Assembly (NCBI RefSeq): GCF_006345805.1
Contig: NC_043006.1
Coordinates: 10,850,001-10,914,000, forward strand
DNA from: Octopus sinensis
Taxonomy: Eukaryota
Direction: 5' to 3'
DNA: 64,000 bases
This document shows positions 50,843-63,960 of the stretch, piece after piece. The position numbers and the translations under genes are program-made. The first letter of the stretch is position 1. The number at the start of each line of letters is the position of its first letter. Below the pieces are notes generated by a model. That model saw nothing but the letters and a program-made list of their open reading frames with translations, had not been told where the DNA came from and did no database searches.

Positions 50843-51499
50843 GTAGGTCATTTATAATCTAGGATACAAGATAGTACCAGCTTTGCTAGAAGTTAGAGTC
50901 GAAAAATACGCAAATAAGCAACAATATCACTAAAAAGTTAACACGCTGACGTATGAATACATATATATATTTGTGTATGTATATGTATATATATATATAT
51001 ATACACGTATGTATATGTATATATAGATATATGCATATGTATATATAGATATCTATGCATGTATATATATATGCATGTATATGTTTCTATGTATATATGT
51101 GTATATGTGTGTGTGTATATTCTCAAATATCAGTATTGTATAATTTGTCTCACATCTGTTAATCATACAGCCATGCGTGTACTTATACAAATCATTTGGA
51201 TAAATACCAATATTAATGAAAAATCATCAACGTAGTCACTCGACCTCCAACAGATATTAGCCAAATTCTCTTTCAGTGACTTCTTGTAATGTTAGAACCA
51301 CAAGGATACACCAAATAATATTGACCTAGAAGAATAAACTAAGGAACGGAATGCCTACGGCTGAAATGCTTTTGATCCTATTTTTGATTCATGATATTGA
51401 ATTGAGGCTAAAGAACTAAAGTTTTGCATTGCATACATTTGTAAAAGCCTGGAGAAGTTAGTAGAATATATAATTAAATCTACAGTGTACTACTGGTTC

Positions 51500-51720
51500 T
51501 TACGTTTTGTTCTCATTTTACATATTAAAACTGAAAATGTCTGTTTGTCTGTGTGTATCGGTATGTCCTCGTTTTGCGCCAATACGACTCGACCGATTTT
51601 TCTTAAACTTCACATCGATAACGATGTTTTCCCTGGCGGGATAGGCCAATTGTGCATACTTCCGTCTTCCTTGGTGGTCCTCGATATATGCACGAACGTA
51701 CGCAAGACACCATGATTTAA
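51500..51720 (+). mobile_element. Decayed Helitron-like 5' fragment, followed by a SINE
   Basis: CATATTAAAACTGAAAATGTCTGTTTGTCTGTGTGT...CCGATTTTTCTTAAACTT resembles Helitron-N 5' ends. Confidence 0.4.
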
Positions 51721-51723
51721 AAT

Positions 51724-51955
51724 CTATTTCTTTACTACCCATAAGGGGCTACACACAGAGGGGACAAACAAGGACAGACAAACGGATTAAGTCGATTAGA
51801 TCGATCCCAGTGCGTAACTGGGACTTAATTTATCGACCCCGAAAGGATGAAAGGCAAAGTCGACCTCGGCGGAATTTGAACTCAGAACGTAACGACAGAC
51901 GAAATACGGCTACGCATTTCGCCCGGCGTGCTAAGGTTTCTGCCTGCTCACCGCC
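51724..51955 (-). mobile_element. SINE family A, full length
   Basis: Reverse complement matches 24717-24926 and 53019-53247. Confidence 0.9.
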
Positions 51956-53018
51956 ATGATTTAATATCAGTAGATCAAACAACCACCTAAATGATCTCTG
52001 GTTAAATTAAATCGTCGTCTCAGATTATGAAATCGTTCTTTCATTCTTAGCCAAGGAATTGTGAAAAGAACGTTAGGACCGTGATATGAATATCCGTTTG
52101 CTGGTTTCTTTATGTGTAATCAAATGAGTGAGTGAGAGAGAGAGGAGAGGGAGAGAAATAAAGATAGATGAATGGATTGGTTCTTTATTCATTGACCCTG
52201 AAAGGACAAAATGCTGAGTCGACCATTGAACCTAAAATCGCAGAAAGCTGGAAACAATATTGCAAGGCATTAATGTCCGACGTTCAAACGACTCTATCTG
52301 TTCTCTACCTTCGTTGTAAGATATCACAACATAAACTCCTTCATGTGATCGTAAATGCCATTTGTTACAGTAGGTCTTAGCCATAAGAGATCGTAGCGAT
52401 ATCCATTTTGCCTGTAACTTCTCACCTAAACACATATAGATTTAAATCAACCTTTATTTGCACATTAGAAATTTAACAAATGACTATAGATTTTTGTGTA
52501 AGTTTGTGACGTGCCAATTTATAATTACCAATGTAAGTTTCTGTTCCAAGGTTTAACGAATGGTTACAACATAACGAGCTCATAATTCAGTTTTCAGGTT
52601 ATTTTGCAGATAGTTTGCCAACTGAAAAGGTTAAGGTGTTTTAATCTCAAGTGTTTTATATCTGACCTATAGTTGTTGATAAGTCATTGTGATATGTGCA
52701 ATAAATTATTTTTGTTTAGTTATTAACCCAAGAATGATAAACTATAAATCATTTTCTTTTCAATATGAACTCAAACTATGAATGTTCAAGACTAAATTAA
52801 TTATCATAATCAATCATTATATCAAATTATTTGTTATGTGTTGTGAGGAGGCGGTTAACTTGCGAAGCTGCCAGAGCATCTGGCAATCTACCATTCAGTA
52901 TCTCTTTTTGCCATCGGGATCTCTTACGTTCTAGTTTCAATTCCGTCGTGATTAATTACCTTTTAGGAGTTGATAAAATAAAGTACCATAAAATAAAGTT
53001 CATAAAATAAAGTTTAAT

Positions 53019-53247
53019 GCGGCGAGCTGGCAGAACGTTAACACGCCGGCGAAATACGTAGACGTATTTCGTCTGCCGTTACGCTCTGGGTTCAAATTTC
53101 GCCGAGGTCGACTTTGCCTTTCATTCTTTCGGGGTTGATAGGTAAAGTACAAGTTACGCACTGGGGTCAATGTAATCGACTTAATCCGTTTGTCTGTCCT
53201 TGTTTGTCCCCTCTGTGTTTAGCCCCTTATGGGTAGTAAAGAAATAG
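53019..53247 (+). mobile_element. SINE family A, full length
   Basis: GCGGCGAGCTGGCAGAACGTTAAC...AAAGAAATAG. A decayed copy lies just upstream (about 52848-52990). Confidence 0.9.
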
Positions 53248-53789
53248 ATAAAATGAAGTACCAGTCAGAAATTAGGATCGATGCTATTTCCTAATACTTT
53301 CTCCACATAGCTGCTGAAATGTTGCCTACATTAGAAACTGATTTTAATATGTAAATTTAGATTGAGTATTAATTTAATACAAAAAGTCGTGTATTATCTT
53401 AACTACAGCGTTTAAGCCTATTAGACATTTGTATAAAAGAAAATTCAAGGATTCTCTATTATAAGCTATCAAATACATGTACATCTAAATATCACTAACG
53501 CATGAAAATATTAAAATACTGTATATAGAATCAGGCAATCTAATATGTCAGTTAATCTCCACCCCAATGTCCTTCAGCTTGAGTGGCAGACACATGTATC
53601 TACAAAAGGCCAACAACTTTATTTTACGAGCTGGAAAATTACATCATGACATATTCGTGTCGTTTCAAAGAGTTTCGGATTATTCAATGCTAATGATAAC
53701 ATTTCTAAAGACAGACATTGTTAGCATTAAATATAAATTAAGCAAACATTCTGAGAATGATAATGATTTAAGAACATAAAACAGGAAAA

Positions 53790-53985
53790 TATGATCAAAC
53801 TCGAATCATCCTAAATGAGGACAACGTTATCGAACATGAATCACCTCAAAATTTGAATAACATTATCGTATCCGAATCACTCCACATTTAGACAATATTA
53901 TCGCATCGGGAATCACCTTAAGCACGAACAATATTACGTTACCCGAATCACACTAGGTTTAAACAGCATTATCGCATAAGAGCCC
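53790..53985 (+). repeat. Decayed minisatellite, period about 36 bp
   Basis: GAATCA at 53803, 53838, 53874, 53910 and 53945, most preceded by an A(A/C)ATTATCG-like motif. Confidence 0.75.
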
Positions 53986-54169
53986 AACCTGACTACGAAC
54001 AACATACAACTACAAACCATAAAGTCACTAAAATATGCTATGCCTTAAATCAGTGGCTTATATCTTTTATTGCATCTCAAAGACTGGTCTTTATATACAG
54101 AATCAAGAAAATACTTCCGTCCTAAAAATTACTAATCCTCTACGAAACTTATATGGGTCCTCAACGAGG

Positions 54170-54815
54170 CACCGCTCTAACATCTGGTGTTGGTGTATTT
54201 AGTCCATAATTTGGCGATGCGGCAAAGGAGACCGACAGAATGAGTACCAGGCTTAGCAAAACTTTAGGATCTTTTCGGTTTGAACGGCAGTTTTTTTTCT
54301 ACCGGTGTCATGTGAAATTGTCACCCATAATTATGACCCTAGTATCGATCTATTGCATTTCAATAGATCGATAACCATTTTGGGTTAAGGTTAGAGTCAG
54401 GGTTAGTTAGGGTTAGTGGTGGGGGAAGGGTATCTTTTTTCTTCAGAATGTAAATAAACCCAATCTGTTTCTTAAACGATGGATATTTCCATACAGCACA
54501 GAATGTTTTCACCTCAATAGACGTCATTGATTGGTTGAAATTGCAGAAATTGAAGATAAAAACAACAAATATCTTACAAACTATAGAATTTTCTCAATAA
54601 AGCCAAGAGAAAAATATGTTTTATAAACACATTCTACCAGTATACGAAGTTTAAAGTGTTTAGTTACGTAGAAATTATGTTAAAAAACTGCCGTTCAAAC
54701 CGAAAAGATAAAAAATTTAAGTATTGGACTTGATTCTTTCCACTAAAAATTCTTCAAGGCAGTGTCCCAGTAAGGCCGCACTCCAATGATTCAAACAAGT
54801 AAACGATAAAATATA
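54170..54815 (+). mobile_element. Old SINE B 3' half, split by the MITE at 54267-54711
   Basis: GGCAAAGGAGACCGACAGAATGAGTACCAGGCTT lies before the MITE and GGCAGTGTCCCAGTAAGGCCGCA...AAACAAGTAAA after it. Confidence 0.7.
54267..54711. mobile_element. MITE of the same family, inserted into a SINE B copy; contains TTAGGG-like repeats
   Basis: TIR (GG)ATCTTTTCGGTTTGAACGGCAGTTTTTT at both ends; probable TSD AAACTTTA/AAAATTTA. Internal segments are shared with 18986-19300. A 12-bp hairpin ATCGATCTATTG/CAATAGATCGAT and a GGGTTA-like tract (54382-54416) are present. Confidence 0.85.
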
Positions 54816-55286
54816 TAAATATATATTGTGAATGCAAAATACTAATATAAGACAACAAAAAATATTTCTTCCCCGAAAGTTTACATTTTGATATAGAAAG
54901 TAACGTCTAGAAACTGGAAGCAGAGAGACAGACGGGGGAGATTGTTATCATAAGCTTCTGTATGGACACTTAAACAAAGCTATGATCTGATATTCTTTTT
55001 ATATATTTCTGTATATACTTTGTTTTATCTTGGGATCACTATGTCACTAGTAAACACATGCACTGTTTCTATTTCACTTCTTTTAATTATTGGTCAAATA
55101 ATTAAACATTTAACCAATCAACTAATCGGTCGTTTGATTAATCGCTCACTCAATCAGCTAGGTTTCTCAGTTCTTTCATCGTCGTCAATGTCGTGCTTCT
55201 CCATTCTCCGGGTCTCTCTCTCATTTTTAATTAAGGAATTGAAATTCTTATTTGTATTTAAGTAAATGTATTTGTATTTAAAAAAA

Positions 55287-55575
55287 GGAGCACTCCGTCG
55301 GTTGCGACGATGAGGGTCCCAGCTGATATGATCAACGGAACAGCCTGCTCGTGAAATTAACGTGCAAGTGGCTGAGCACTCCACAAACACGGGTACCCTT
55401 AACGTAGTTCTCGGGGAGATTCAGTATGACACAGAGTGTGACAAAGCTAACCCTTTGAAATACAGGTACTACTCATTTTTGCCAGCTGAGTGGACAGGAG
55501 CAACGTGAAATAAAGTGTCTTGCCCAAGGACACAACGCGCCGCCTGGAATTGAACTCATGACCTTACGATCAGGG
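55287..55575 (-). mobile_element. SINE, head H1 + tail T2
   Basis: Matches 26712-27017. Confidence 0.85.
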
Positions 55576-56158
55576 GTCGTATAATTGGTTTCATATAAAT
55601 CGGTCTGATTTAATAGACCCTACATAGATGAAAGCCAAATGCGACCACGATGGAATTTGATCTCACTCTATACTAGAGGACAATTAAATAACGCTGTCAG
55701 TTTTCCATACCATGGCTTATATCATATAATGATCGATAGCTTTAAGAAAAAGTAATAAATTTAGTGCGAAAGCATTTTGTATTGCACTGTACCGATTCTA
55801 ATATCCACTGCCCTCATTATACCATTAGATATGATGAATGGCGCATACGAATTATAATTTCATAGATTATTAAAGGTGACAAGATCGAGGTACATTTGAA
55901 TACTTGCGCGACCATATACGTAGTTGTAGATCTATGGGTACATTCAATTATATCACTGTGCATGACATACATACATTCATGCATACATATATATGTGTGC
56001 CTATTTGTATGTATGTGTATTTGTATATATATAGATGTATATATATGTATATATATATATATAAATATATATATATATATGTGTGTGTGTGTGTTTGGTG
56101 TGTATGTATATGTATGTATATATATACATATATATAAATACAAGAGAGAGAGAGAGAG

Positions 56159-56229
<71 letters not shown>

Positions 56230-56230
56230 C

Positions 56231-56313
<83 letters not shown>

Positions 56314-57708
56314 TAGATATATCATATCATATTATATTATATTATATTATATATATGCACAAACAATTTCATTCCAGTGTAGACGTTGATTTATTATTTT
56401 AAAACTTTTGGCATCGTACCAATTCACCACTTTCCATGCATATAACATGTGGAACCTTTCACCTTTTTATAGAGTAAATTGGAAGCACTTATTAAAATTT
56501 CACATTCCTGGAGATTAAATTTTATTGTCCACACTACACTCTCTCATCACCCTTACTGTGTCACGTCCCAGATAGTATTCTTAATAATTCTCCCATTACT
56601 TCTTCCAGGTTCCTACAACCTACAGAAATCACCTCCCAACCCACTTTTCCACTCTTTAACTCATCATGTAGCCATTTAGGTCCCAAAAGCCTAACTCATC
56701 TATGCTCTTGTTGGCAGGCAGGGCGACGGTATTCAAGTATATTTTATAAAGTTAACTCATATGCTGGTTAAATTATCTTTCGGTTGAACTTTATTTAACT
56801 CTAAAGTGCAAGTCTTTTTAGAGAAAATGTTGGAAGCTATGACGTCATCCTTCCTAGCTGAAAGAAAGTGGAAAGACAATTGGCTTTAAGCAGAAAATGA
56901 CAGCCACCACCAAGCCTCGGCTTTCCGAGCACTTCAACGCTACTCATCTCATGCGAGTAATTTTCATCACTTACCACTTTCTTAAGCAGAAGCTAATTCT
57001 TTGTACATTACAAACTAAATCAGATGATCCCTGGTCTAGATTTTGAAATTTGCAGAATAGATAACGCATAGCAGCTGGTCGGTAAATCTCAAAATCACAG
57101 CCATATTCCCAACTGTTTTTTGATGGCCAGGAATTTAAGGGTTGTATTACAGTCGATTATATATCGATCCCAGAACTTGAGTGGTACTTTATTTTATCAG
57201 CTTTGGAAAGAAGAGAGGCAAAGATAATGCCGTGGGATTTGACCTCAGGTAAAAGACAGAACTAAATACCCTGATTTACTCTCCTTAACGCTCTGCTAAT
57301 TCTGCCAATCCTTGTCCTTCCATGATAGAATATTACTATGTGGTGTACTCAAGAGCTCATTTACCTAGCATATTAAATTATACTCTAAGCCGTGATGAAG
57401 GCAATTAACCCAGGAGATTGAAAACTCTAATGGAATAAAGCCTGATAATCATTGAGTCTGTGGCAAGCGTTCGCAACAAATTTCTGATATCAGCATTTCC
57501 AAATCGTGTAGCTAGTCCTACACTGGTTTTCCTCAGAAGTCATCACTTTGAGTAGTCAGATGCCTCTTGAAACCTCATACGTCGAAATCAAAGAGAGACT
57601 CCTTTGTCATATGGTAATCGAATAAAACATCCTTTGAGATCTCTGACGAAAAACTAGCACTGAAATCTTTGGCAGAAATTAACATATATATCTCTAGTAA
57701 ATAACTAA

Positions 57709-57795
57709 CAATTTATATTTTATTCTAAAGTAGATAATGAGCAATTTATATTTTACTCTCAAGTATATAATGAGCAATTTATATTCTATTCCCTA
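57709..57795 (+). repeat. 33-bp tandem repeat, about 2.6 copies
   Basis: CAATTTATATT at 57709, 57742 and 57775. Confidence 0.85.
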
Positions 57796-58576
57796 AAAGA
57801 AACCAGCCATTTAACTCTTACTTAAAACTGTATTGTCTAATATATACTAGCTGTTGATTTTTCTGTCATTAATTTTTGGTGTATTTAGATTAGCAGTAAA
57901 TATATAAGCTGCCAAATATATATGTAGATTGCCAAAATGATGATATAGTATATTACACAAATCGTTTATACTTCATTATCTACTACAACAGTGGTATTTA
58001 ACTCATACGTATAACTGTATTGATTGAATGTACGCTAGAAGTTGATCATCTGTCGTTAGTTGGGATATATCTAAATTAAATATAAATGTATGTGGCTCTA
58101 TATTGCCAGGCTGCTGATATGGTCTATTACACTATCACTCAAAAGACGGTAATTCTTCTCTTATAACTTGCGGTGACATTTATGTCTTTGGTGGCCGTAC
58201 CACTTCTAAATAGATGCTGCAAAGCAGGAACTATTCACTATTGGACAATGTTGCTTATATTTAGCCATTCGACCAGCCTAAAATGAAAGTCAAATGTGTA
58301 AAATCATTCTCTACCATTTTATACAAGAATGCATTGGATAATTTAGTACTTGTTTGCAACACCTCATAAAAGACGGTATGAGCACGGCTGAAATGTTGTT
58401 CATTATAGGCCTGCTCGTTCAAGTCTAACGTAAGTCTAAACAATAGTAACAGATGCAGTAGTATTGTCCAGTTACTGAGGGAACGTTAACTCACTAAGTT
58501 ATCCTGCTGGAAATAACGGCCAAATCTCACTTCTAATCTCTATGAAAGGAATTTATATGGGATAATATACTTTAGT

Positions 58577-58878
58577 GGGGGCGCAATGGCCCAATGGTTA
58601 GGGCAGCGGACTCGTGGTCGGAGGATGCGGTTTCGATTCCCAAACTGGGCGTTGTGTGTGTTTATTGAGCGAAAACACCTAAAAGCTCCACGAGGCTCCT
58701 GCAGGGTGTGGTGGCGATCCACTATTGTACTCTTTCGCCTAACTTTCTCTCACTCTTTCTTCTTGTTTCTTGAGTAACGCTGCGATGGACTGGCGTCCCG
58801 TTCAGCTAGCGGGGAACACATACGCCATAGAAACTGGGGAACTGGGCCATGAGCTTGGTTAGGCTTGGAAAGGGCGCA
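58577..58878 (+). mobile_element. SINE, head H2 + tail T1
   Basis: GGCGCAATGGCCCAATGGTTAGGGCAGCGGACTCG...AAAGCTCCACGAGGCTCC, then AACGCTGCGATGGACTGGCGTCCCG...AAAGGGCGC. Confidence 0.85.
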
Positions 58879-58939
58879 TAAATAAATAACATAAATAAAT
58901 AATATACTTTAACTTGACTTGAAGGGATGAATGCAAAAA

Positions 58940-59160
58940 CACTGAAAGAATTTGAAGACGACTGGTTTGGGGGAGCTTCAGTTGTTGGGGTATGAGACCT
59001 GTCATCTCTGAGGAACAAATGTCCTTGTAGTAGCGATAGAAAAGAGGGAAGGGTCAGTGCGTCTGTGAACCAGAGGCTAAAGCGTGTCCCTTTGAGTACT
59101 AATAGTTAAGCGACTCTTCTCTGGAGGCGGTTCAGGATGTTTGTGGGCGAGTGATTGAAT
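58940..59160 (-). mobile_element. CR1/L2-like LINE RT C-terminal remnant
   Basis: Fragments TNILNRLQRRVA and LFYRYYKDICSSEMTGLIP resemble the LDRIQKRA...SLFYRYY.G.CSSEL..LVP motif of CR1-group ORF2. Confidence 0.6.
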
Positions 59161-59800
59161 AACACTTAGTTGAGTGGCCTTTGAGTGACTGAATATCAAT
59201 TAGTAGTTGAGCCACTTCAAGTCGATAAAACTTTAAAGTTAAGTGACCCTTCAAAGTCAAGTTATCTTTTAAAGTTGTGTGACCTTTCAACAGCGTGTGG
59301 CCTTTCTAAGAACTGGCCAATAATACTGTCATCGCTTTCTTACAAAACATTCAACCAAACAGACTGTCGTTCGGAATTATGAGACTTGAAAATAACAATG
59401 GATGTATCACCACAATGTCGAAGGAACCGAACTCTCTTACTCACTTAAGCGATTGTTTGATACCCTATAGACAAAACTTTGCGGAAATATCACCAACTTT
59501 ATACACACATAATTTTTTTTAATGATTTATTGCACTCACGTGAAATGAACTTTAATCAACAAATTTCCTTAACAATCACCTCACCTACTTAGCTGATATT
59601 ACAATAAACCATTCGATAGCATCAAGAGAAATGCGAATTTTTTGGATCATATTTCTTCTTCTTCTTCTTGTTTATGTTCGTATCATATAAAGATATATAT
59701 ATATTTTTTTTATTGGAACATCGTATGAATATTAATAAAATGCTTGTCCGCCATTTTGCACTTTCACTATTCGAGCGCACGTAGAAATATATGTACGTGA

Positions 59801-59831
<31 letters not shown>

Positions 59832-60494
59832 TGTATGTATGTATGTATGCATGTAGGTTGGTAGGTAGGTAGGTAGGTAGGTAGGTAGGTAAGTAGGTAG
59901 GTATGTATGTAGGTAGGTAGGTAAGAATGCATGTATGTATATATGTGTGAGTGCGTGTGTTTGTGTGTGATGGTGTATATGTTTATCAGATGAAGTTAAG
60001 TTTATTACATATGATATCATAGTACTATAATAAACCTGAATATATCTATAGCCAATAGATGTATCGCCCATCCATATTTATCGCCTCATACAAAAACTGT
60101 AAGAATATAAAACTCGTATCAACTATGTTTGTATGTATTTTTGCTTGTATGTATGTACACATATATATGTGTGTGTGCATCTGTGTGTGTGATAAGAGAG
60201 AGAGAGAGAAAGAGAAAGAGGGTCATAGATAGATGCATATATCGTGTGCAACCACGTACACACGTTTCTCTTTGCATCTATAAAAAATACTGGAAGCGTA
60301 TATTCATAAAACCGTGATAATTATATGATAATGGCTCGCAAATAAAAAGGTAACAAAGATAATTGCCAATATTCTTATTCTCGTATGTATACATATAGCA
60401 TGACATATATGCAGATATACACATCCAGCATCCAAAATATAGTATAATACATTATATATATATATATGCATATATATATATATATATATCTATA

Positions 60495-60527
<33 letters not shown>

Positions 60528-60769
60528 GTGGTATAGATATGTGTATGCGCATGCAACATTTTCATGATGTGCGTATTCACACTCATTGCACGCGCACACA
60601 CATAATGTATATATACATACAACCATACATAGGCAGATGACAGAGACAGATATACATATTATACATATGCTATAATATATTTATATACGCATATAATTAC
60701 ATACATACACACACGCACACGCACACTCACAAAACACACACACACACACACCACACACACACACACATA

Positions 60770-60827
<58 letters not shown>

Positions 60828-61374
60828 GATACAAAAGTATTTAAGTTTTATCATACTTTCTGACTGTCCCCTTTCACTAGTATGTGTGTATAATATATGT
60901 GTGTGTGTATACCTATATAATATGTACATACATACATACTTCTCCATTGATATGTCTTTCAGTCGATTTAATTATCCAATCATTTATTTTCTCTCTATCA
61001 AGCTATCTAACCATGCATTGGTCTATCTGTCTATCTATTTATCTATTTAAGTACTTGCAGCTTTTCTTTTCCTATTTTTCATTCCTTCCTACACGCTCTT
61101 TGAATTTTCATTGCTGTAATTCTGCAACGTTATTTCCCTTCTTCATTCAATTCAAATTTATTCTCCTAGAATTTATTTCAATTTTCTAGTTCATTCTTTG
61201 TCACTTTATATTTTCCTATTCTAATTTATTTCGCTTGACTTTGTTATTGCATTAACTGACCTCAGACCATATTGCATTATAATTGCATACGCACACTACT
61301 ATAAAGCCTTCCCACATTTCACCATATACTTTGCTTCTGCAGCTCTAACAATCTACATATAAACCATATAGAGA

Positions 61375-61755
61375 GAAGCACTCCGTCGGTTACGACGACG
61401 AGGGTTCCGGTTGATCCGAATCAACGGAACAGCCTGCTCGTGAAATTAACGTGTAAGCGGCTGAGCACTCCACAGACACGTGTACCCTTAACGTAGTTCT
61501 CAGGGATATTCAGCGTGACACAGAGAGTGACAAGGCCGGCCCTTTGAAATACAGGTACAACAGAAACAGGAAGTAAGAGTGAGAGAAAGTTGTGGTGAAA
61601 GAGTACAGCAGGGATCACCACCACCCCTTGCCGGAGCCTCGTGGAGCTTTAGGTGTTTTCGCTCAATAAACACTCACAACGCCTGGTCTGAAAATCGAAA
61701 CCGCAATCCTATGACCGCGAGTCCGCTGCCCTAACCACTGGGCCATTGCGCCTCC
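61375..61755 (-). mobile_element. SINE, head H2 + tail T2
   Basis: Reverse complement has the H2 head of 58577 followed by the T2 tail of 26712 and 55287. Confidence 0.85.
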
Positions 61756-62197
61756 ACAAACCATATATACATTCTTATGCACACATAGACATTGGCGTGT
61801 CTTTCCTCAGTGTGTTCTGTGTCTACTATTTGTGTGTACAAGAGACACGGACAGATGCTATAACCATGCGTGCCTAAACTGCCACTTATTATGTTCAGTG
61901 TCCTCTGATAGAATATTTATATACATACAGCAGCATAACAAGACGTTTATAAATACACACATTCTTTAAAATCACACAATGCACTTGTATATGCATGCAG
62001 GTACAGATATATGCATACGATTGGGGCATATAATAAGGCCGTCGAGGGTTTATATGCGCCATTTTCTCCGACGAGAAAATATGCCCAAATATTAAACTAT
62101 TATCTTTAGTCAGCACACGGTGCACACTCCTAAGGTTTAAGCTTATCATCTTAATCATTATTGTAATTATTACAGAGAATATATATATATATATATA

Positions 62198-62388
62198 TTA
62201 GAGGGAAACCACTATGTGGACACCCTTATGCTAGAAATAGATCCGCTATGGTCTTACCACTAAGAAATGTTCTCATGAAACATTTTGCCAAACAATTTTT
62301 CAATTTTTCTTGAGAACATTTCTTAATGGTAAGACCATAGCGGATCTATTTCTAGCATAAGGGTGTCCACATAACGGTTTCCCTCTAA
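62198..62388. mobile_element. Fold-back element: about 83-bp arms, about 25-nt loop, TA-flanked
   Basis: 62198-62280 pairs with 62306-62388 with 4 mismatches. TA dinucleotides flank both sides and (TA)n lies on the left. Confidence 0.8.
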
Positions 62389-62505
62389 TATGTATATAAT
62401 ACAATTTTGCTGAAACTTCAGTTTTTTTATATGCTAGATAACTGGTGTGAAATCGATATTAATTAAATTAATATCTAATTTCTCACCCTCATTTTAAATT
62501 TAAAT

Positions 62506-62540
<35 letters not shown>

Positions 62541-62838
62541 GTGTGTATGTATCTATGTATGTATATATATTCTTTAGATGTATACTTTTGCCACCAATGG
62601 AACCAAGAACCATAGCATGCATTCAATGATTATAATTTAATCTATATCAACTTTATTTCTGTATGAAGTATGAAGTATGAAATGAATAATAATTTCCAAA
62701 AGTATAAATATTCATTGCCTTAAAATAAAATAAAATAAAATCATCATTTGTTATAATTCCTCTCACAGGTGCTATTATTGACTCTCCCCCTCTCTCTGTC
62801 TCTCCTTTACTTCCTGCTAATAAGCTTAATGTACTTAA

Positions 62839-63066
62839 GGCGGCGAGCTGGCAAAAATGTTAGCACGCCAGGCGAAATGCTTAGCGGTATTTCGCCTGCC
62901 ATCACGTCCTGAGTTCAAATTCAACCGAGGTCGACTTTGCCTTTCATCCTTTCACGGTCAATAAATTAAGTACCAGTTACGCACTGGGGTGATGTAATCG
63001 ATTTAATCCCTCTGTCTGTCCTTGTTTGCCCCCTGTGTGTTTAGCCCCTTGTGGGCAATAAAGAAA
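62839..63066 (+). mobile_element. SINE family A, full length
   Basis: GGCGGCGAGCTGGCAAAAATGTTAGCACGCC...AATAAAGAAA. Confidence 0.9.
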
Positions 63067-63315
63067 GAAGCTTCATGTACTCATTCACACTTGAACCCCT
63101 ATTTTAACTCTCTGTATTTGTTTTATACTTTTTCCCCTCTCACGCTACAACGCAAAGATCAACAAAGAAAGAGTCGAGAGGAAGACTGAGGGAGGGGGAG
63201 GGATAGAGAGGGAGAGAAAGAGAAAGGTGAAGGTGAGGAGAAGAAAATCAGAAAAAAAAGAATAATAGAGAGAGAATAGAGATAGTTGTAGAATGTAACA
63301 TGTATTATATACAGA

Positions 63316-63700
63316 AGTTGTGTGGTCAAAAGCTTGTTTCCCAACCACCTGGTTCCAGATTGAGTCCCACTGTGCGGTACATTGTGCCGGTGTCTTCTAC
63401 CAATGTATTGTGAGTGGATTTGGTTGAGGGAAACTGAAAGAAATTCGTCCTATATGTATATATATTTATGTATGTATGTGTGTATATATGTGTGTGTCGT
63501 TGTGTCTTTATTTGTTCTCCCCCAACACCGCTTGGTGTTCCCGTAAATTTGGGGTTCGGCAAAAGAGACCGATCGAATATGTACTCGACTTTAAAGGAAT
63601 TGTTGGATTGAATTGTCCGAGAAAAAACCTTTCAAGGAGGTGCACCAGCATGGACGCAGATACATTTGATGGAAACAACTGAAAGAATAAAAGACTGCGT
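63316..63700 (+). mobile_element. SINE family B, diverged
   Basis: GTTGTGTGGTCAAAAGCTTG...GGAGGTGCACCAGCATGG. Confidence 0.7.
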
Positions 63701-63729
63701 GTGTGTGTGTGTTCTGTGTGCGCGCGCGC

Positions 63730-63960
63730 CGGTATATGTAAGCTTCATATACACAGGGAGAGTTTACGAAAAAAACAAAAGACGAAGACAGGTGGTGTAC
63801 AAATCAAAAAGGTGTATTAGTATAACACTCAGGAATTGAAAAAGTCTTTTATGTTTCGAGCCTACGCTCTTCTACAGAAAGGGATACAGAAAAAAACAAG
63901 GAGAGAAACATACAACTGAAGAAGCGACATCACTGGATAATTTAAAATGCTGGACCTCTA
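63730..63960 (-). mobile_element. Probable Penelope-like terminal repeat with a variant hammerhead-like fold (63845-63883)
   Basis: Minus strand reads CCUUU-CUGUAGA-A-GAGC GUAG GCUC-GAAA-CAUA-AAAG. Stems I and II pair, but the core deviates (A6U) and stem III is broken. Confidence 0.4.

Noticed and set aside
53790-53985. CRISPR-like array
   Set aside because: Eukaryotic context, degenerate contiguous units, no unique spacers or cas genes.
54382-54416. Telomere or chromosome-fusion scar
   Set aside because: Short, degenerate, and located inside a TIR-bounded MITE.
56480-56800. Minus-strand ELKSGKVGWEVISVGCRNL as an RLE remnant
   Set aside because: Only the VGCR motif is suggestive; too weak without a profile search.
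58261-58443. 60-aa minus-strand ORF as a Helitron Rep/Hel fragment
   Set aside because: No diagnostic motif could be matched with confidence.
59606-59630. TTC GAT AGC ATC (FDSI) as the next exon
   Set aside because: Followed by KRN, not SEV, and lacks upstream similarity.
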